Notes: generated by a model not told the origin, from the sequence alone. A stretch of DNA of 64,000 nt from a virus (IMGVR_UViG_3300046453_000093:26875-90874), one strand, 5' to 3'. Shown: positions 9,437 through 20,138, counted from the stretch's first letter. Numbers and translations: made by a program.

Positions 9437-10270
9437 ATGTCATTACAATTTATTTCTGTAAATACACCTTCCAATATCATTGCGTATATTGGAAGTGGAA
9501 TTCCAGTAATTACAAGCCATAATGTATTCACTACAATAGTAGATGATTCAGATTTTGGCATAAAAGATTTACTTATTGATAAGTCATCTCATAAATTCGA
9601 TGAAATCATGGCAGGAAAACCATATATTGATGTTTACTATGATGGTGCTAATATTCAAGGAACTCTAATGAATGTAGATTTCAATTTCCCATCAATTGCA
9701 AAAGTATCATTGTTTGGAGGAAGTTATGATTGTGAGGTAAATGGAGATTATAAGTTTGTCTTCCCTGTTTCTATTCACCCTGCTATTTCAGAAAAACGTG
9801 TGAATGTAACAATTAAAGCTGAAGGATTTCCACCTACATCTATTGAAATTGGTGGAAGTAATGAAAACGCAAATGCTATAACTTTTCTTGACGAGAATGG
9901 AGTGTACAACGTTACACCTTCAAGCACTGAAGAATTAGCTTTTTATTGGCAAAACAAACTGGTAGATTTACAATGGAGTGCTGTAGACCTCGCAACAATT
10001 ACAGGATTATTGGCTCACACTATGTTTACTCATGTCTTGCCTAATATTGAACAATTAAATTTAACTGTAGAAGAACAAAATGGCTTACAAGAACTTCAAA
10101 CAAATCTTTTACCTTTGATTTCTACCAGTCTTTCAACTATTAAGCCTGACGAAAATTCAATGGATATTCATTATGCTTCCTATCGTTACCATTTATATCA
10201 AGCAAATGAAGCTATACAAAAATACATAGAAGATAAAACTAATATTTCGAAATATTCTCCATTTGAATAA
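9437..10270 (+). CDS. hypothetical protein
   Basis: RBS aaaggggg. 277 aa. No recognisable motifs. Confidence 0.45.
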   Translation: MSLQFISVNTPSNIIAYIGSGIPVITSHNVFTTIVDDSDFGIKDLLIDKSSHKFDEIMAGKPYIDVYYDGANIQGTLMNVDFNFPSIAKVSLFGGSYDCEVNGDYKFVFPVSIHPAISEKRVNVTIKAEGFPPTSIEIGGSNENANAITFLDENGVYNVTPSSTEELAFYWQNKLVDLQWSAVDLATITGLLAHTMFTHVLPNIEQLNLTVEEQNGLQELQTNLLPLISTSLSTIKPDENSMDIHYASYRYHLYQANEAIQKYIEDKTNISKYSPFE

Positions 10271-10295
10271 TAAATAAATTATGAGGTGAATAAGG

Positions 10296-10493
10296 ATGGA
10301 AGGTTGTTTGGTACTGTGTGAACATTGCCCAATTGAGAAAACCCCAAATGGTTCTTGTTATGACATGAATGGTGTTTGGACACTAATTCAGGAAGAATGG
10401 GTTTATCAAGGGACATGGAAATGTAATCTATACAATAAAGAAATGGACATATGTGATTGTCCAATGGAAATGAATACCGAAATGGGAGACTAG
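10296..10493 (+). CDS. small Cys-rich hypothetical protein (7 Cys in 65 aa)
   Basis: Good RBS atgaggtga. Followed by hairpin aatgggaga-ctagt-tctcccatt. Confidence 0.4.
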   Translation: MEGCLVLCEHCPIEKTPNGSCYDMNGVWTLIQEEWVYQGTWKCNLYNKEMDICDCPMEMNTEMGD

Positions 10494-10544
10494 TTTCTCC
10501 CATTTCATTGACTACGAAAATAAGGGAAAGGTGGTGGATTGTGA

Positions 10545-13500
10545 TTGGAAGAATTATTACTCGAAAGACAGTTGAATAGCAAAACTTATCTAAATGAAGA
10601 TGGTACTCGTACCATGAAATATTTTGGTAGACCTATTCACTTTGATAAGAATGGCAAACTCGAAGAAATTGATGTAAATTTTCATCTAAATACCACATCC
10701 AACCCTGCATATTATTTATTTAATACAGTTAATAATAGTTTCAGAATAGGATTATCGAAAAATTTATCTATTGATAAATCTATTAAATTTTCTTTTAGAT
10801 ACGATGGTGTTGGTGACATATTCACAACCATTAAGGGTTTAGCCTTATACGATTCTGAAAAAGACGAATATACAATTTTTGAAAAACCTCAAGCGAATAC
10901 AGGTTCTATTGAAAACAATATCGCCAAATATCCAAATGTATTCAATGGAATGGATTTTGAATTTCATTCCTTAGATGACAAGTTGAAAGAATATATTTAT
11001 CTAAATGACAAGGGCAATATTCCAAATCCTACGGATTATGGATATAATCCTGAAACTACATATTTAATTGTGCTTAATGAACTAAGCACAAACTTGTTAG
11101 AACTTCAATACAATGAAGAACAGCTAGAAGTTTACAATGAAGGAATCCAAAAATTAATCTCCCCAAAAGAATGGGCAAAGGATAATGACCAAAAGGATTT
11201 AACCATTCTCAACAACTATAATGCTGACACTGGCGAATATTATTTCGGTGTTCCTTATTCAGAGATTCAGAACGCCAATTTACCTATAACAATTGACCCT
11301 ACGTGGCAGACTTCGGGAGTTCCAACAGTTCAAAACTTTGATTGTACTTATGAATTTGACTCTTTTGAAGGCGGCTATTATACCTATCCTAACCTAACCA
11401 CTTTAGGTATGTTTCCTGAGAATGGAGGTTATATCTCTCAACGGAGTATGATTAAATTTGATTTATCAGGACTTCTGGCTTCATTTAATAATGTTGTAAA
11501 AGCGTATTTTAATTTTACGTTTCAGTCAACCAATGCTTTCTATTTGTCTATATTGACTAGTTATTCTCCAAATTCTCAAAACATGTTTGAGAATATTATC
11601 CCTAATTCGACTGGATTTTTAGTAGCTAGTTCACCTGTAGATGTTACAGCAGTAGTAAAAAATTGGCTTTCTAACCCTAGTTCAAACTATGGTTTTGGTC
11701 TTGATTATTTCGGTGGCAATACCTCAAGAATTTATGGTTTAGGTAGTGGTGTCAGCACCCAACCTTATCTTAGCATTGATTACGTTTCTAGTGTTTTAGG
11801 TTTTACTGGTTTGCCAACTTCTAACTCTATCAAGTGGACATGGAATGCGTTAGCAGAAGCAGAAAAATACGTTATCTATGATAATAATAATGTCAAACTT
11901 GCTGAAATACCAAGTGGAACATTGACATGGACTGAGACAGGCTTATCGCCAAACACCTCGTATACTCGTAAAATTCGATATGTAACAGGCGGAGTCGAAC
12001 AAACTCCTGAAACAGTGGCGAGTGCTACAACTTATACGGTTTTACAGCCTGTTAGCAATTTAGTTGCTACTAATGTGACGAGCAATAGTGCGACTTGGCA
12101 ATGGGGCGACATAGTTTTTGGAAATGAACTCGCCCCTCTGTTTGACAGTGGGAGATGGTCTACTAGTTCCACTGTAACATTTAATAGCCCAACGAAGTTA
12201 ACCATTGATAATACAAGCGGGTCTTATTTTGGGTCATATGTAGAAATAACAGTAAAGTCGAACACTAACTATCTGTTAAATTTATTAAAAGGTGGCACTG
12301 GTGCAAGCACTAACGGATATGTCAGAATTACAGGTGTTGTTAATGGTGTTGTAGAAGCCACAAATATAGCTAACAATAACACTGGTGTTGCAATTCCTTT
12401 TAATAGTGGAACTTACTCTTCTTTGAGAATTTTCTTTTATGCAAATTACACTAGTGGAGGAATTTCTTTTGAGAATGTTTCTATCAAAGAAACAAACTCA
12501 GGAATCATTTCTTACGAAATACTAGATAAAAATGGTGTTTTATTGTATACGACTCCTGATGGAAACACAAAGACATGGACTGAAAACAATTTACGATATA
12601 GCTCTAATTATATCAGACAAGTTCGTGTGGCTAGAAATGGTGAGAGAAGTAGCAATGTTCAGGTGAGTGTGACTACGAGTGCTAGACCTATAAATATGTC
12701 AGCGCAAACTATTACGGTTAATCCTAGTGCGGATACCTATAATAATGGCTTTAATCCTACCATAAATTATGGAACAGCTACACAGTTTTCTGTAGGTAGA
12801 GGTGCTTCAGTATCTTATCTATATAAGGGATTTTTAAAATTCCCTATCCCGCTTTCTACTGACATTACACTAAATACCGCTACTCTAAAATTGTACAGTA
12901 CCACAGCAATTAGTACAAGTTATAATTGGTTTATAGAAAATGTGAATAGTCAATGGGACGAAACAACGTTAAACTACAATAATATGCCAGTTAGCAATAC
13001 AACAACACCGTTGTATAATGTAAGTAGGGCAATTTCCGCTAACATAGATAGTGACTTTGTTCTTGATGCCACACTGGTTAAAAATTGGATAAATAATCCT
13101 TCTTCAAATTATGGGGTATCAATAAGGCATAATGGAACTACTAATGGTAATTTTGCCCAATTTAATTCAAAAGAATCAGCTGATGCTACAAAGATACCAA
13201 GGCTTGTAATAAATTATACACCTTCTATTCCACCACTCAAGCCAACAGTCCTATCAGGGGCAGTTTTATCGTCTTCCTCCATTCGTTGGTCTTGGAGTGC
13301 AGGAGATGGCACAGCAACCGAATATCGCATTTACAATGCTGATACAGACCAATTGATTGGAACTTCTTCGACTAGTAGCTTTGATGAAAGTGGAGTTACA
13401 TTAGGCAACACATACAATCGCTATGTGGTTGCATACAACTCAGGTGGAGAGTCGCCTGTAACAAGTACAACATTGCATACTTCGCCTTTGGCTAATTTTA

Positions 13501-15188
13501 GAGGTATTCCACAAACTGCTACTTCTATTAAATGGGCTTTCGACCTGTTTACCACTGTTGACAAAGTTATTATTTATGACAATAACAATGTGAAGCTGAC
13601 TGAAGTCTTAAGTGGTACGACTGAGTGGGTTGAAACAGGGCTACTACCAAATAGTACTTACACTAGAAAAGCAAGATATGTAAAAAATGGTGTAGAAGAC
13701 AGTGTATATGTTGTTGTCTCTAATAATACCTATGCCACTTTAGTTGTCCCTCAAAGTGCAAGTGGAGTCGCTGTGAATACTAATACCATTACTTGGTCTT
13801 GGGATGATACGGTAAACCAAGGTATCACTGGATTTGAAGTACTAGATAAATTCAACAATGTAAAATACAGTGGTAGCAATACGGTTAAGTCTTGGACTTC
13901 CAAACAATTAAGATACGGAACAGATTATGAGCGATATGTGAGAAGTGTTCGTAATGGTGAAAAAAGTGGATTAGTTAAGATAACTGCTAGGACACAGGAC
14001 AGACCTGCAAATATAGATGAGATGACGACATATGAAACTTTGAATGTTAGTCAGGATGTTTATATCAATTCAAGCACTCCGACTTCATCATCATCAACAG
14101 GTGCTATAAGCTACATTGGAAAATCAGGAACTACTTTATATAGGTATTTAATTAAATTTAATACTTCAACCATTCCAATTGGACGTGAATTAAAAACCGC
14201 AAAAATTAGGATTTATGAAACCTCCTATTCAGGTACTCCATCACAAATGGGACTTTATAAAATTACACAAAGTTGGTTAGATACTGCAAATTGGAATACT
14301 CAACCATCTTGTGAAAGTATTTCGATTGCTCAAATACCATTTTCTTCGACAACTGGAAAATATTATGAAGCCAATTTACCTATCGCAAATATCCAAGATT
14401 GGGCAAATAATAATAATGGGTTATTAATCAAGTCAGACGAAGTATCGTCAGGGTATGTACAAGTAAATACTTATGAGGGATTATTCCAACCATTTTTGGA
14501 CATATCGCATGAGTCGCCAATTGCCCCATTATCACCTAGCAATTTACAAGGCTCAATCAAAACAGGCTCAAGTATTTTATGGCAGTGGAATGAAACAACT
14601 TCTATTAACGCTCAAGGCTATCGTATTTACAATGCTGACAATGACCAATTGATTGTTGAATTACCTGTCGGAATTACAAGTTATGAAGAAACTGGCAGAG
14701 TTATGGGAATAACATATAATCGCTATGTGGTTGCATATAATTCCTATGGTGAGTCTCAAGTTGTTTTGACCTCTTATTTGTTCGACCAATCACCTCCAAC
14801 TAATATTGTTGGCACACCACAATCTTCAAGTCGCATAATTTGGACATTCGAGCCTGTGAGTGGATTTACAGAATATCGTATTTATTACTTTAATTCAACG
14901 AACAATACAAATACTCTTTTCGCTAGGGTAAAATATGAAAATGGGCAATATAACACGTATTTAGAAAGTAACTTAACGACTCCAATAGGTGGTTTCGGAA
15001 ATCCTCAGTTACCACGTAACGGATTGAACCCAAATACGACAGAGACAATAAAGGTAACGACAGTTGGAGAAACATATGAAAGCAGATATTCTAACTCAGT
15101 TAGTGCAACAACTTACACGCTACCACCAATGAGAACAATCAGTGGTCAAAAACTAGGTTTGAATAATTTAAAATGGACAATTATATAG
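10545..15188 (+). CDS. giant (1547 aa) virion-associated adhesin-like protein: repeated fibronectin type III domains plus three CBM-like (DNRLRE-type) beta-sandwich modules
   Basis: Repeated FN3 pairs (EYRIYNADTDQLIG...YNRYVVAYNSGGES twice; IKWTWNALAEAEKYVIYDNNNVKL...TSYTRKIRYV twice). Three modules sharing LVKNWLSNPSSNYGFGL / LVKNWINNPSSNYGVSIRHNG / IQDWANNNNGLLIKSDE. Very S/T/N-rich. Confidence 0.6.
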   Translation: MEELLLERQLNSKTYLNEDGTRTMKYFGRPIHFDKNGKLEEIDVNFHLNTTSNPAYYLFNTVNNSFRIGLSKNLSIDKSIKFSFRYDGVGDIFTTIKGLALYDSEKDEYTIFEKPQANTGSIENNIAKYPNVFNGMDFEFHSLDDKLKEYIYLNDKGNIPNPTDYGYNPETTYLIVLNELSTNLLELQYNEEQLEVYNEGIQKLISPKEWAKDNDQKDLTILNNYNADTGEYYFGVPYSEIQNANLPITIDPTWQTSGVPTVQNFDCTYEFDSFEGGYYTYPNLTTLGMFPENGGYISQRSMIKFDLSGLLASFNNVVKAYFNFTFQSTNAFYLSILTSYSPNSQNMFENIIPNSTGFLVASSPVDVTAVVKNWLSNPSSNYGFGLDYFGGNTSRIYGLGSGVSTQPYLSIDYVSSVLGFTGLPTSNSIKWTWNALAEAEKYVIYDNNNVKLAEIPSGTLTWTETGLSPNTSYTRKIRYVTGGVEQTPETVASATTYTVLQPVSNLVATNVTSNSATWQWGDIVFGNELAPLFDSGRWSTSSTVTFNSPTKLTIDNTSGSYFGSYVEITVKSNTNYLLNLLKGGTGASTNGYVRITGVVNGVVEATNIANNNTGVAIPFNSGTYSSLRIFFYANYTSGGISFENVSIKETNSGIISYEILDKNGVLLYTTPDGNTKTWTENNLRYSSNYIRQVRVARNGERSSNVQVSVTTSARPINMSAQTITVNPSADTYNNGFNPTINYGTATQFSVGRGASVSYLYKGFLKFPIPLSTDITLNTATLKLYSTTAISTSYNWFIENVNSQWDETTLNYNNMPVSNTTTPLYNVSRAISANIDSDFVLDATLVKNWINNPSSNYGVSIRHNGTTNGNFAQFNSKESADATKIPRLVINYTPSIPPLKPTVLSGAVLSSSSIRWSWSAGDGTATEYRIYNADTDQLIGTSSTSSFDESGVTLGNTYNRYVVAYNSGGESPVTSTTLHTSPLANFRGIPQTATSIKWAFDLFTTVDKVIIYDNNNVKLTEVLSGTTEWVETGLLPNSTYTRKARYVKNGVEDSVYVVVSNNTYATLVVPQSASGVAVNTNTITWSWDDTVNQGITGFEVLDKFNNVKYSGSNTVKSWTSKQLRYGTDYERYVRSVRNGEKSGLVKITARTQDRPANIDEMTTYETLNVSQDVYINSSTPTSSSSTGAISYIGKSGTTLYRYLIKFNTSTIPIGRELKTAKIRIYETSYSGTPSQMGLYKITQSWLDTANWNTQPSCESISIAQIPFSSTTGKYYEANLPIANIQDWANNNNGLLIKSDEVSSGYVQVNTYEGLFQPFLDISHESPIAPLSPSNLQGSIKTGSSILWQWNETTSINAQGYRIYNADNDQLIVELPVGITSYEETGRVMGITYNRYVVAYNSYGESQVVLTSYLFDQSPPTNIVGTPQSSSRIIWTFEPVSGFTEYRIYYFNSTNNTNTLFARVKYENGQYNTYLESNLTTPIGGFGNPQLPRNGLNPNTTETIKVTTVGETYESRYSNSVSATTYTLPPMRTISGQKLGLNNLKWTII

Positions 15189-15207
15189 AAAGGGGGTTGA
15201 ATAGTTA

Positions 15208-17691
15208 ATGACGTATCTTAGAGGATATAAGCTTTATGAACCTCTTGACATTTTGAACCCCAATCCATCAAGTGATAGATTGATAGTTACTTTTATTGAA
15301 GGAAGTGACTATCAATCAACTGATGGTAGTATTATTTTTACAGAAACAACTGTCAATTCAACATATCTAAACGGTGGGGAAACAGAATATCGCTACTTTG
15401 TAGCTTTTGATGATGAAAATATAGGATTGCCTTCAAATATTTTTTCTATTTTAAATCTAATGCCACCTACAAATGTTACAGCATATGCAACAGAGTATGA
15501 TGAAGTACAAACAGAGTTTACAATTGCTGAATTTGCAAGTGGATACAAATACTCATTAAAAGATTTATCTACAGGAGAAATAGTCGTAAGTGATTTGTCT
15601 AGTGATGGCTCTATATTTGGATTAAAAGCTAATTCAACATATGAAATAAAATTAGCTTCAATAAATGACGATGATGAAGTTACTGAATGGAGTAATTCTA
15701 TTCAAGTGGCTACTTTAAAACTTTTTCTTTTAAGTTCAACACCATCGGACAAATACATCTCATGGCAATGGGAACACGAAAATATTGGTCTAAATGTAGT
15801 TAAATTCGAACTAATTAATAAGGATGACAATGTTGTTCTTTATTCAGGTTTAAATACAACTTATGGTCAAATTAGTCCAACAAAAATTCACAACAATGCT
15901 GTAAAAGTAACTTATGACAATGCAGTCACAAGGGAAACAAGACTAATAACATCAGCAGTTTACAACAATAATACAGATAAATTTAGTTTTGGTCAGCTAA
16001 CAACTAAAGATGATAAAAAATCTATTGCTTCTATGAAAATTGAAATTTATCGTGATTTGCTATTGAGTGCAATGTATAAAAATACATATTTTGCAGATAA
16101 TCTAAAAACATTTAGTAATAGCAATATACTTTATTCTGATTTAAAAGCATTTGGTTCATATAGATTATCGTTAATCAACTATAGACATGATGACTATAGT
16201 TTTTACCAAGATAGTATTTCGAATGGTTCATTCAAGACTTATGTGGAAATAAAAACGCATCAAACATATTCAAGAAATGTTGGATTAAAACTCTCATTAA
16301 ATAATAATATTACAGACAAATATAAAATTAACTATGATTATTTTGCAAACAATAAGTCTATACTATCAATAAAACCACTTGTGTTTAACTCGCAATCTAG
16401 AGTAATACAATCAAAATCAGTGACATATCAAGATGGGAAAATTTTAAATCAACCTAAATACAATATCTATAATAATCGCACGTCACCATTTGGGCTTAAA
16501 TTGGATTATTTCAACTTTATGCAGACACTTGTAACAAGGCAGAGACAGACAGTATTCAACCCTGCAACATCGTATGATGTTAACCATGTTGACGTTGTTT
16601 TTAACACAACGATAACCAATGTTGATTTACAAAGTCAGGTTAACAAAGTGAGAATACTATGTATTGGTGATAGTATCACAGCGGGAGCGCCAAGTTATGA
16701 CCCACAATATGGCGGGACTGTATGGATTGCTGACTTAATTACTGGAAAAACAAAGACTCGTAACGTAATAGAATCACAATACCCATATTGGCTACAAAAA
16801 AGATTAGGTATTGATGACTTTGAAATTATCAACGAAGGGTCAGGACGTAGAACCTCAACTGAAGTTGAATACCATGTAAGAAGTCAAATGGAAGCATACA
16901 AACCTGAATATGTAATTATTATGATTGGTACAAACGATATTTTTCAATCTCAAGATAGTGGAATAACAAATCTTCAGAACGTGGTAAACACAACGTTAAA
17001 TAATATCCGCAAAACAGTTGATAAAGTTAGAGAGTTTAATGGTGTTCCAATTCTAGGGACACAGTTGCCACGTAACTCAATTGTTCCCATTGAAGCTAAA
17101 AATGCTCTGAGAAATCTGAATGCGGGGATAAAAAATCTCGGTATCGAATACGGTATTGACATTATTGATTGGTACGATGAATTTGTACAAAAAGACAATA
17201 CTGGTAAAGAAAATGGAGTTTTACGCTATGATTTAACCGTAGATGATACTCACCCATCGGTTGCAGGATACAAGAAAATGGCATACACTATCAACTTAGG
17301 TATCTTCAATTCGTTTAGAGCAAGTCTAAGACTATTTGGTTCAATGTTAGGAAATGATGTTGATTATTCGACAGAAGAGTCGAAGGTTCAACCTGACCCA
17401 TATACTTTTAACTACTCTATCGTACTCCCTGAACTGAGAAGACTACAAAGATATGTGTTCTCTAAGTATATTAAAAACACAGGAAATTCATGGGGGCTAT
17501 TTGTAATACAGTTAAATGACCCTGACAATATTTGTGAAATATGGGATGCAAAAAATAAAGTATGGACAAATACTTTGATAGGACAATTAGCACCTAATCA
17601 AGTAATGGAATTCAGAATGAGATATATAATGCCATCAACAGGCACTAAAAAACAAGTGGATTTCAACATAGATTACATTGTTAAGAGATAG
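15208..17691 (+). CDS. 827-aa FN3-repeat protein with C-proximal SGNH/GDSL hydrolase (esterase/deacetylase) domain
   Basis: ILCIGDSITAG (GDS block I). IIMIGTNDI (block III). DDTHPS (catalytic D-x-x-H). N-terminal FN3-like repeats. RBS aaaggggg. Confidence 0.65.
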   Translation: MTYLRGYKLYEPLDILNPNPSSDRLIVTFIEGSDYQSTDGSIIFTETTVNSTYLNGGETEYRYFVAFDDENIGLPSNIFSILNLMPPTNVTAYATEYDEVQTEFTIAEFASGYKYSLKDLSTGEIVVSDLSSDGSIFGLKANSTYEIKLASINDDDEVTEWSNSIQVATLKLFLLSSTPSDKYISWQWEHENIGLNVVKFELINKDDNVVLYSGLNTTYGQISPTKIHNNAVKVTYDNAVTRETRLITSAVYNNNTDKFSFGQLTTKDDKKSIASMKIEIYRDLLLSAMYKNTYFADNLKTFSNSNILYSDLKAFGSYRLSLINYRHDDYSFYQDSISNGSFKTYVEIKTHQTYSRNVGLKLSLNNNITDKYKINYDYFANNKSILSIKPLVFNSQSRVIQSKSVTYQDGKILNQPKYNIYNNRTSPFGLKLDYFNFMQTLVTRQRQTVFNPATSYDVNHVDVVFNTTITNVDLQSQVNKVRILCIGDSITAGAPSYDPQYGGTVWIADLITGKTKTRNVIESQYPYWLQKRLGIDDFEIINEGSGRRTSTEVEYHVRSQMEAYKPEYVIIMIGTNDIFQSQDSGITNLQNVVNTTLNNIRKTVDKVREFNGVPILGTQLPRNSIVPIEAKNALRNLNAGIKNLGIEYGIDIIDWYDEFVQKDNTGKENGVLRYDLTVDDTHPSVAGYKKMAYTINLGIFNSFRASLRLFGSMLGNDVDYSTEESKVQPDPYTFNYSIVLPELRRLQRYVFSKYIKNTGNSWGLFVIQLNDPDNICEIWDAKNKVWTNTLIGQLAPNQVMEFRMRYIMPSTGTKKQVDFNIDYIVKR

Positions 17692-17720
17692 GGAGATTTT
17701 CTCTATCTCTATTTTTATTG
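17685..17720 (+). terminator. putative rho-independent terminator
   Basis: gagatag-ggagattttct-ctatctc hairpin followed by tatttttatt. Confidence 0.45.
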
Positions 17721-17733
17721 AGAGAAGGGGTGT

Positions 17734-18831
17734 ATGTTTGTGAGTAATGATACACAAAATCCTGTTAGATTAGAATTTGTAAGAGGAGATACATTTGAGA
17801 TAATTGATATTGGTGACTTGGGAAATGTTTATAGAAACAGTGGCAACAATATTTTACCCCTAATGATAGTTAATTCAGGCGGTAGAGATGCAGTTAACGT
17901 TAAAGCTAAATTTATCCCATATGAAAAAGAAGGTATAATTGATGATATTTCTGAAAAATGGAAACTATTAAGCTACGACACTTCAAGTGATTTTGCAGAA
18001 GAGTTGGATTTGCCTGATATTAAAAGTGGACAATTTATGACAGGATTTAAAATATATTCTGAAAACTTCAATAATATCATAACAACCTATCTTCCACCTG
18101 ATTGGGATACTATAGGTCGTTGGGAGACATATTCTTTAACCGAATCAGGGAATCAATTCAATTCCTATGTTCAGCATATTGCTGATACTGTTGATATTAC
18201 GACAGGTCGTGCTATTCCGATGCACTTTCCTGAAACAAAGAATTGTGATGTAAGTGTTCAAATTGCGACTCCAAGATATAACTTTGGAGGAATTCAGCTA
18301 AGAATGAATGCATCTACAGGTTATGGATATGCAATAATCATGTATCCTGACCCTGACACGATTCGACAAATTAATGAATATTATCGTGAGATTATTGGTG
18401 CAAGCTATGTGCCAATTGATACTTGGAATGAATCAGCAATTGGAATTGGAAAAGTGAATTACAGGGATTTAGACAACATGGCTTTTCCTAACATTTATAA
18501 TAAATTTCACTGGCTACCAAAAGGTACGGATTATCGTCTAGAGAGAGATACCTTGAGAGTTGAATTAAAAGAGAACGTCTTCAACGTTTGGGTTAACGAT
18601 GACTTTAAAGGAAAGTATATAGACCCTAACCCTATCTTAGAACAAGGTAAAGTGTCATTAATTGCGGGCAGGAGATATGATACAAGGGTTATCTTTGATA
18701 ACTTGCAATACAGAATTGAAACAAATCGTGGTGTCCTATTTGTCAAATCCGTTGTACCTGCAAACCCACTAGATTCTGTTACAAATGATAATATGTATCA
18801 TTCAAATCTATTAATTGAGTATTCAGAATAG
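17734..18831 (+). CDS. hypothetical structural protein
   Basis: RBS gagaagggg. 365 aa. No motif recognised. Confidence 0.45.
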   Translation: MFVSNDTQNPVRLEFVRGDTFEIIDIGDLGNVYRNSGNNILPLMIVNSGGRDAVNVKAKFIPYEKEGIIDDISEKWKLLSYDTSSDFAEELDLPDIKSGQFMTGFKIYSENFNNIITTYLPPDWDTIGRWETYSLTESGNQFNSYVQHIADTVDITTGRAIPMHFPETKNCDVSVQIATPRYNFGGIQLRMNASTGYGYAIIMYPDPDTIRQINEYYREIIGASYVPIDTWNESAIGIGKVNYRDLDNMAFPNIYNKFHWLPKGTDYRLERDTLRVELKENVFNVWVNDDFKGKYIDPNPILEQGKVSLIAGRRYDTRVIFDNLQYRIETNRGVLFVKSVVPANPLDSVTNDNMYHSNLLIEYSE

Positions 18832-18842
18832 GGGTGTGAAAT

Positions 18843-19742
18843 ATGCCCTTAATTGGATACGCTATCGGAAATATAGATGAACACTTTATTATTTCTGATG
18901 TATATAAGCCACAAAATTTCGAAGCGGGTTGGTATTTTATACCAAATAACTTTCCGAGTTACACCTTCATTTCAGCAGATATTGACCCAACCGTTGACGA
19001 AGTTGTAAAAGATGGAGATAAATTCATAATACAGGGTTTTGACCCTTATTTAGAAAGCATGGACTTTCCTGAAAACTACAAGCCAAAAAAGACCGAATAT
19101 GTCAAAGATAATTATTATCATTTTCCATCAGGTGTACCATTCGATTATCAGATGGGCTATTATTGGGAGATGTATGGAGATTTAGACTCTCCTTATCTAT
19201 TCATTCCTTATTTTGACCATAGTACATATGGAAGTATCGCATGGTTAGATTTTAACACACCAATAGAAAGATTCAATGCTCAGTTGACACTTGTTGAACA
19301 CTTACTTAAAGGAATTGTATTCCCATTTGTTGAAAAAGTTGTAGTTGATAAAACACTGGAATTTCCATTGATTGAAAAAATTGTTTCTTTATTAAGTTGT
19401 GATATTGAGATGGTTTCTCCAACATCAATGATTCTTAAATGGTCAGGTGAAAGAGTTCCATATATCGAGATATTAAGAAAGGAAATCAGCGATAGCAGTT
19501 TTGGTGAACCAATAGCCCAAGTAGCATTTGGAGATTTATCATATCCAATTGAAATTGACAACAACTCATTTACCTATAGTGTTCGTGGAAGCAATGGAAC
19601 AGGACAGAGTAATGTTGAGGTGACAATTGGAGTTAAAGGAAAGACAACAATTGAAACTGAAATTAATTTAGGCGACTTTGTTAAAATTTACGAAGGTAAT
19701 ATTGGTTTTGTAGATATATTTGAAACCGAAATAAGTATTTAA
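18843..19742 (+). CDS. hypothetical structural protein
   Basis: Tightly packed after the previous gene. 299 aa. Confidence 0.45.
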   Translation: MPLIGYAIGNIDEHFIISDVYKPQNFEAGWYFIPNNFPSYTFISADIDPTVDEVVKDGDKFIIQGFDPYLESMDFPENYKPKKTEYVKDNYYHFPSGVPFDYQMGYYWEMYGDLDSPYLFIPYFDHSTYGSIAWLDFNTPIERFNAQLTLVEHLLKGIVFPFVEKVVVDKTLEFPLIEKIVSLLSCDIEMVSPTSMILKWSGERVPYIEILRKEISDSSFGEPIAQVAFGDLSYPIEIDNNSFTYSVRGSNGTGQSNVEVTIGVKGKTTIETEINLGDFVKIYEGNIGFVDIFETEISI

Positions 19743-19757
19743 GGTGGGTGAAAGGCT

Positions 19758-20138
19758 ATGAGTGAAAAATATATTAAAAGTGTTGATTGGAATTGGACAC
19801 AGGGCAACTTCGGATTTCAAGTTGTCTTGTCCCTTACAGATAAAGACCATGAAACCTCAGTGGAGTTAAAAAATTACGACTTCTTTGTAAATGTTCAAAG
19901 AGGAGAGAATCCTAGAAACGTATTTCAAGCACCATGTCATATTATTGATATTGACAGTAAGCGTGTTGAATACAACGTTAGAGAAGGGGATTTATCAATT
20001 GGTGATGAATATTATTATATTGAGTTGCAAGGCATTAAAAAGAATCCTCTCAATGAGGACTTGGGCAATGTAATAAAAATATCATCACAAGAAGTAGTTA
20101 GAGTATTTGTAAGAAGTGCTAAAGAAGAAAGATTATAA
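19758..20138 (+). CDS. hypothetical protein
   Basis: RBS aaggtggg. 126 aa. Confidence 0.4.
   Translation: MSEKYIKSVDWNWTQGNFGFQVVLSLTDKDHETSVELKNYDFFVNVQRGENPRNVFQAPCHIIDIDSKRVEYNVREGDLSIGDEYYYIELQGIKKNPLNEDLGNVIKISSQEVVRVFVRSAKEERL

Noticed and set aside
10279-10503. 74-aa minus-strand ORF overlapping the small Cys-rich plus-strand ORF
   Set aside because: The plus-strand ORF has a strong RBS and matches the orientation of the entire late operon. The minus ORF lacks start signals.
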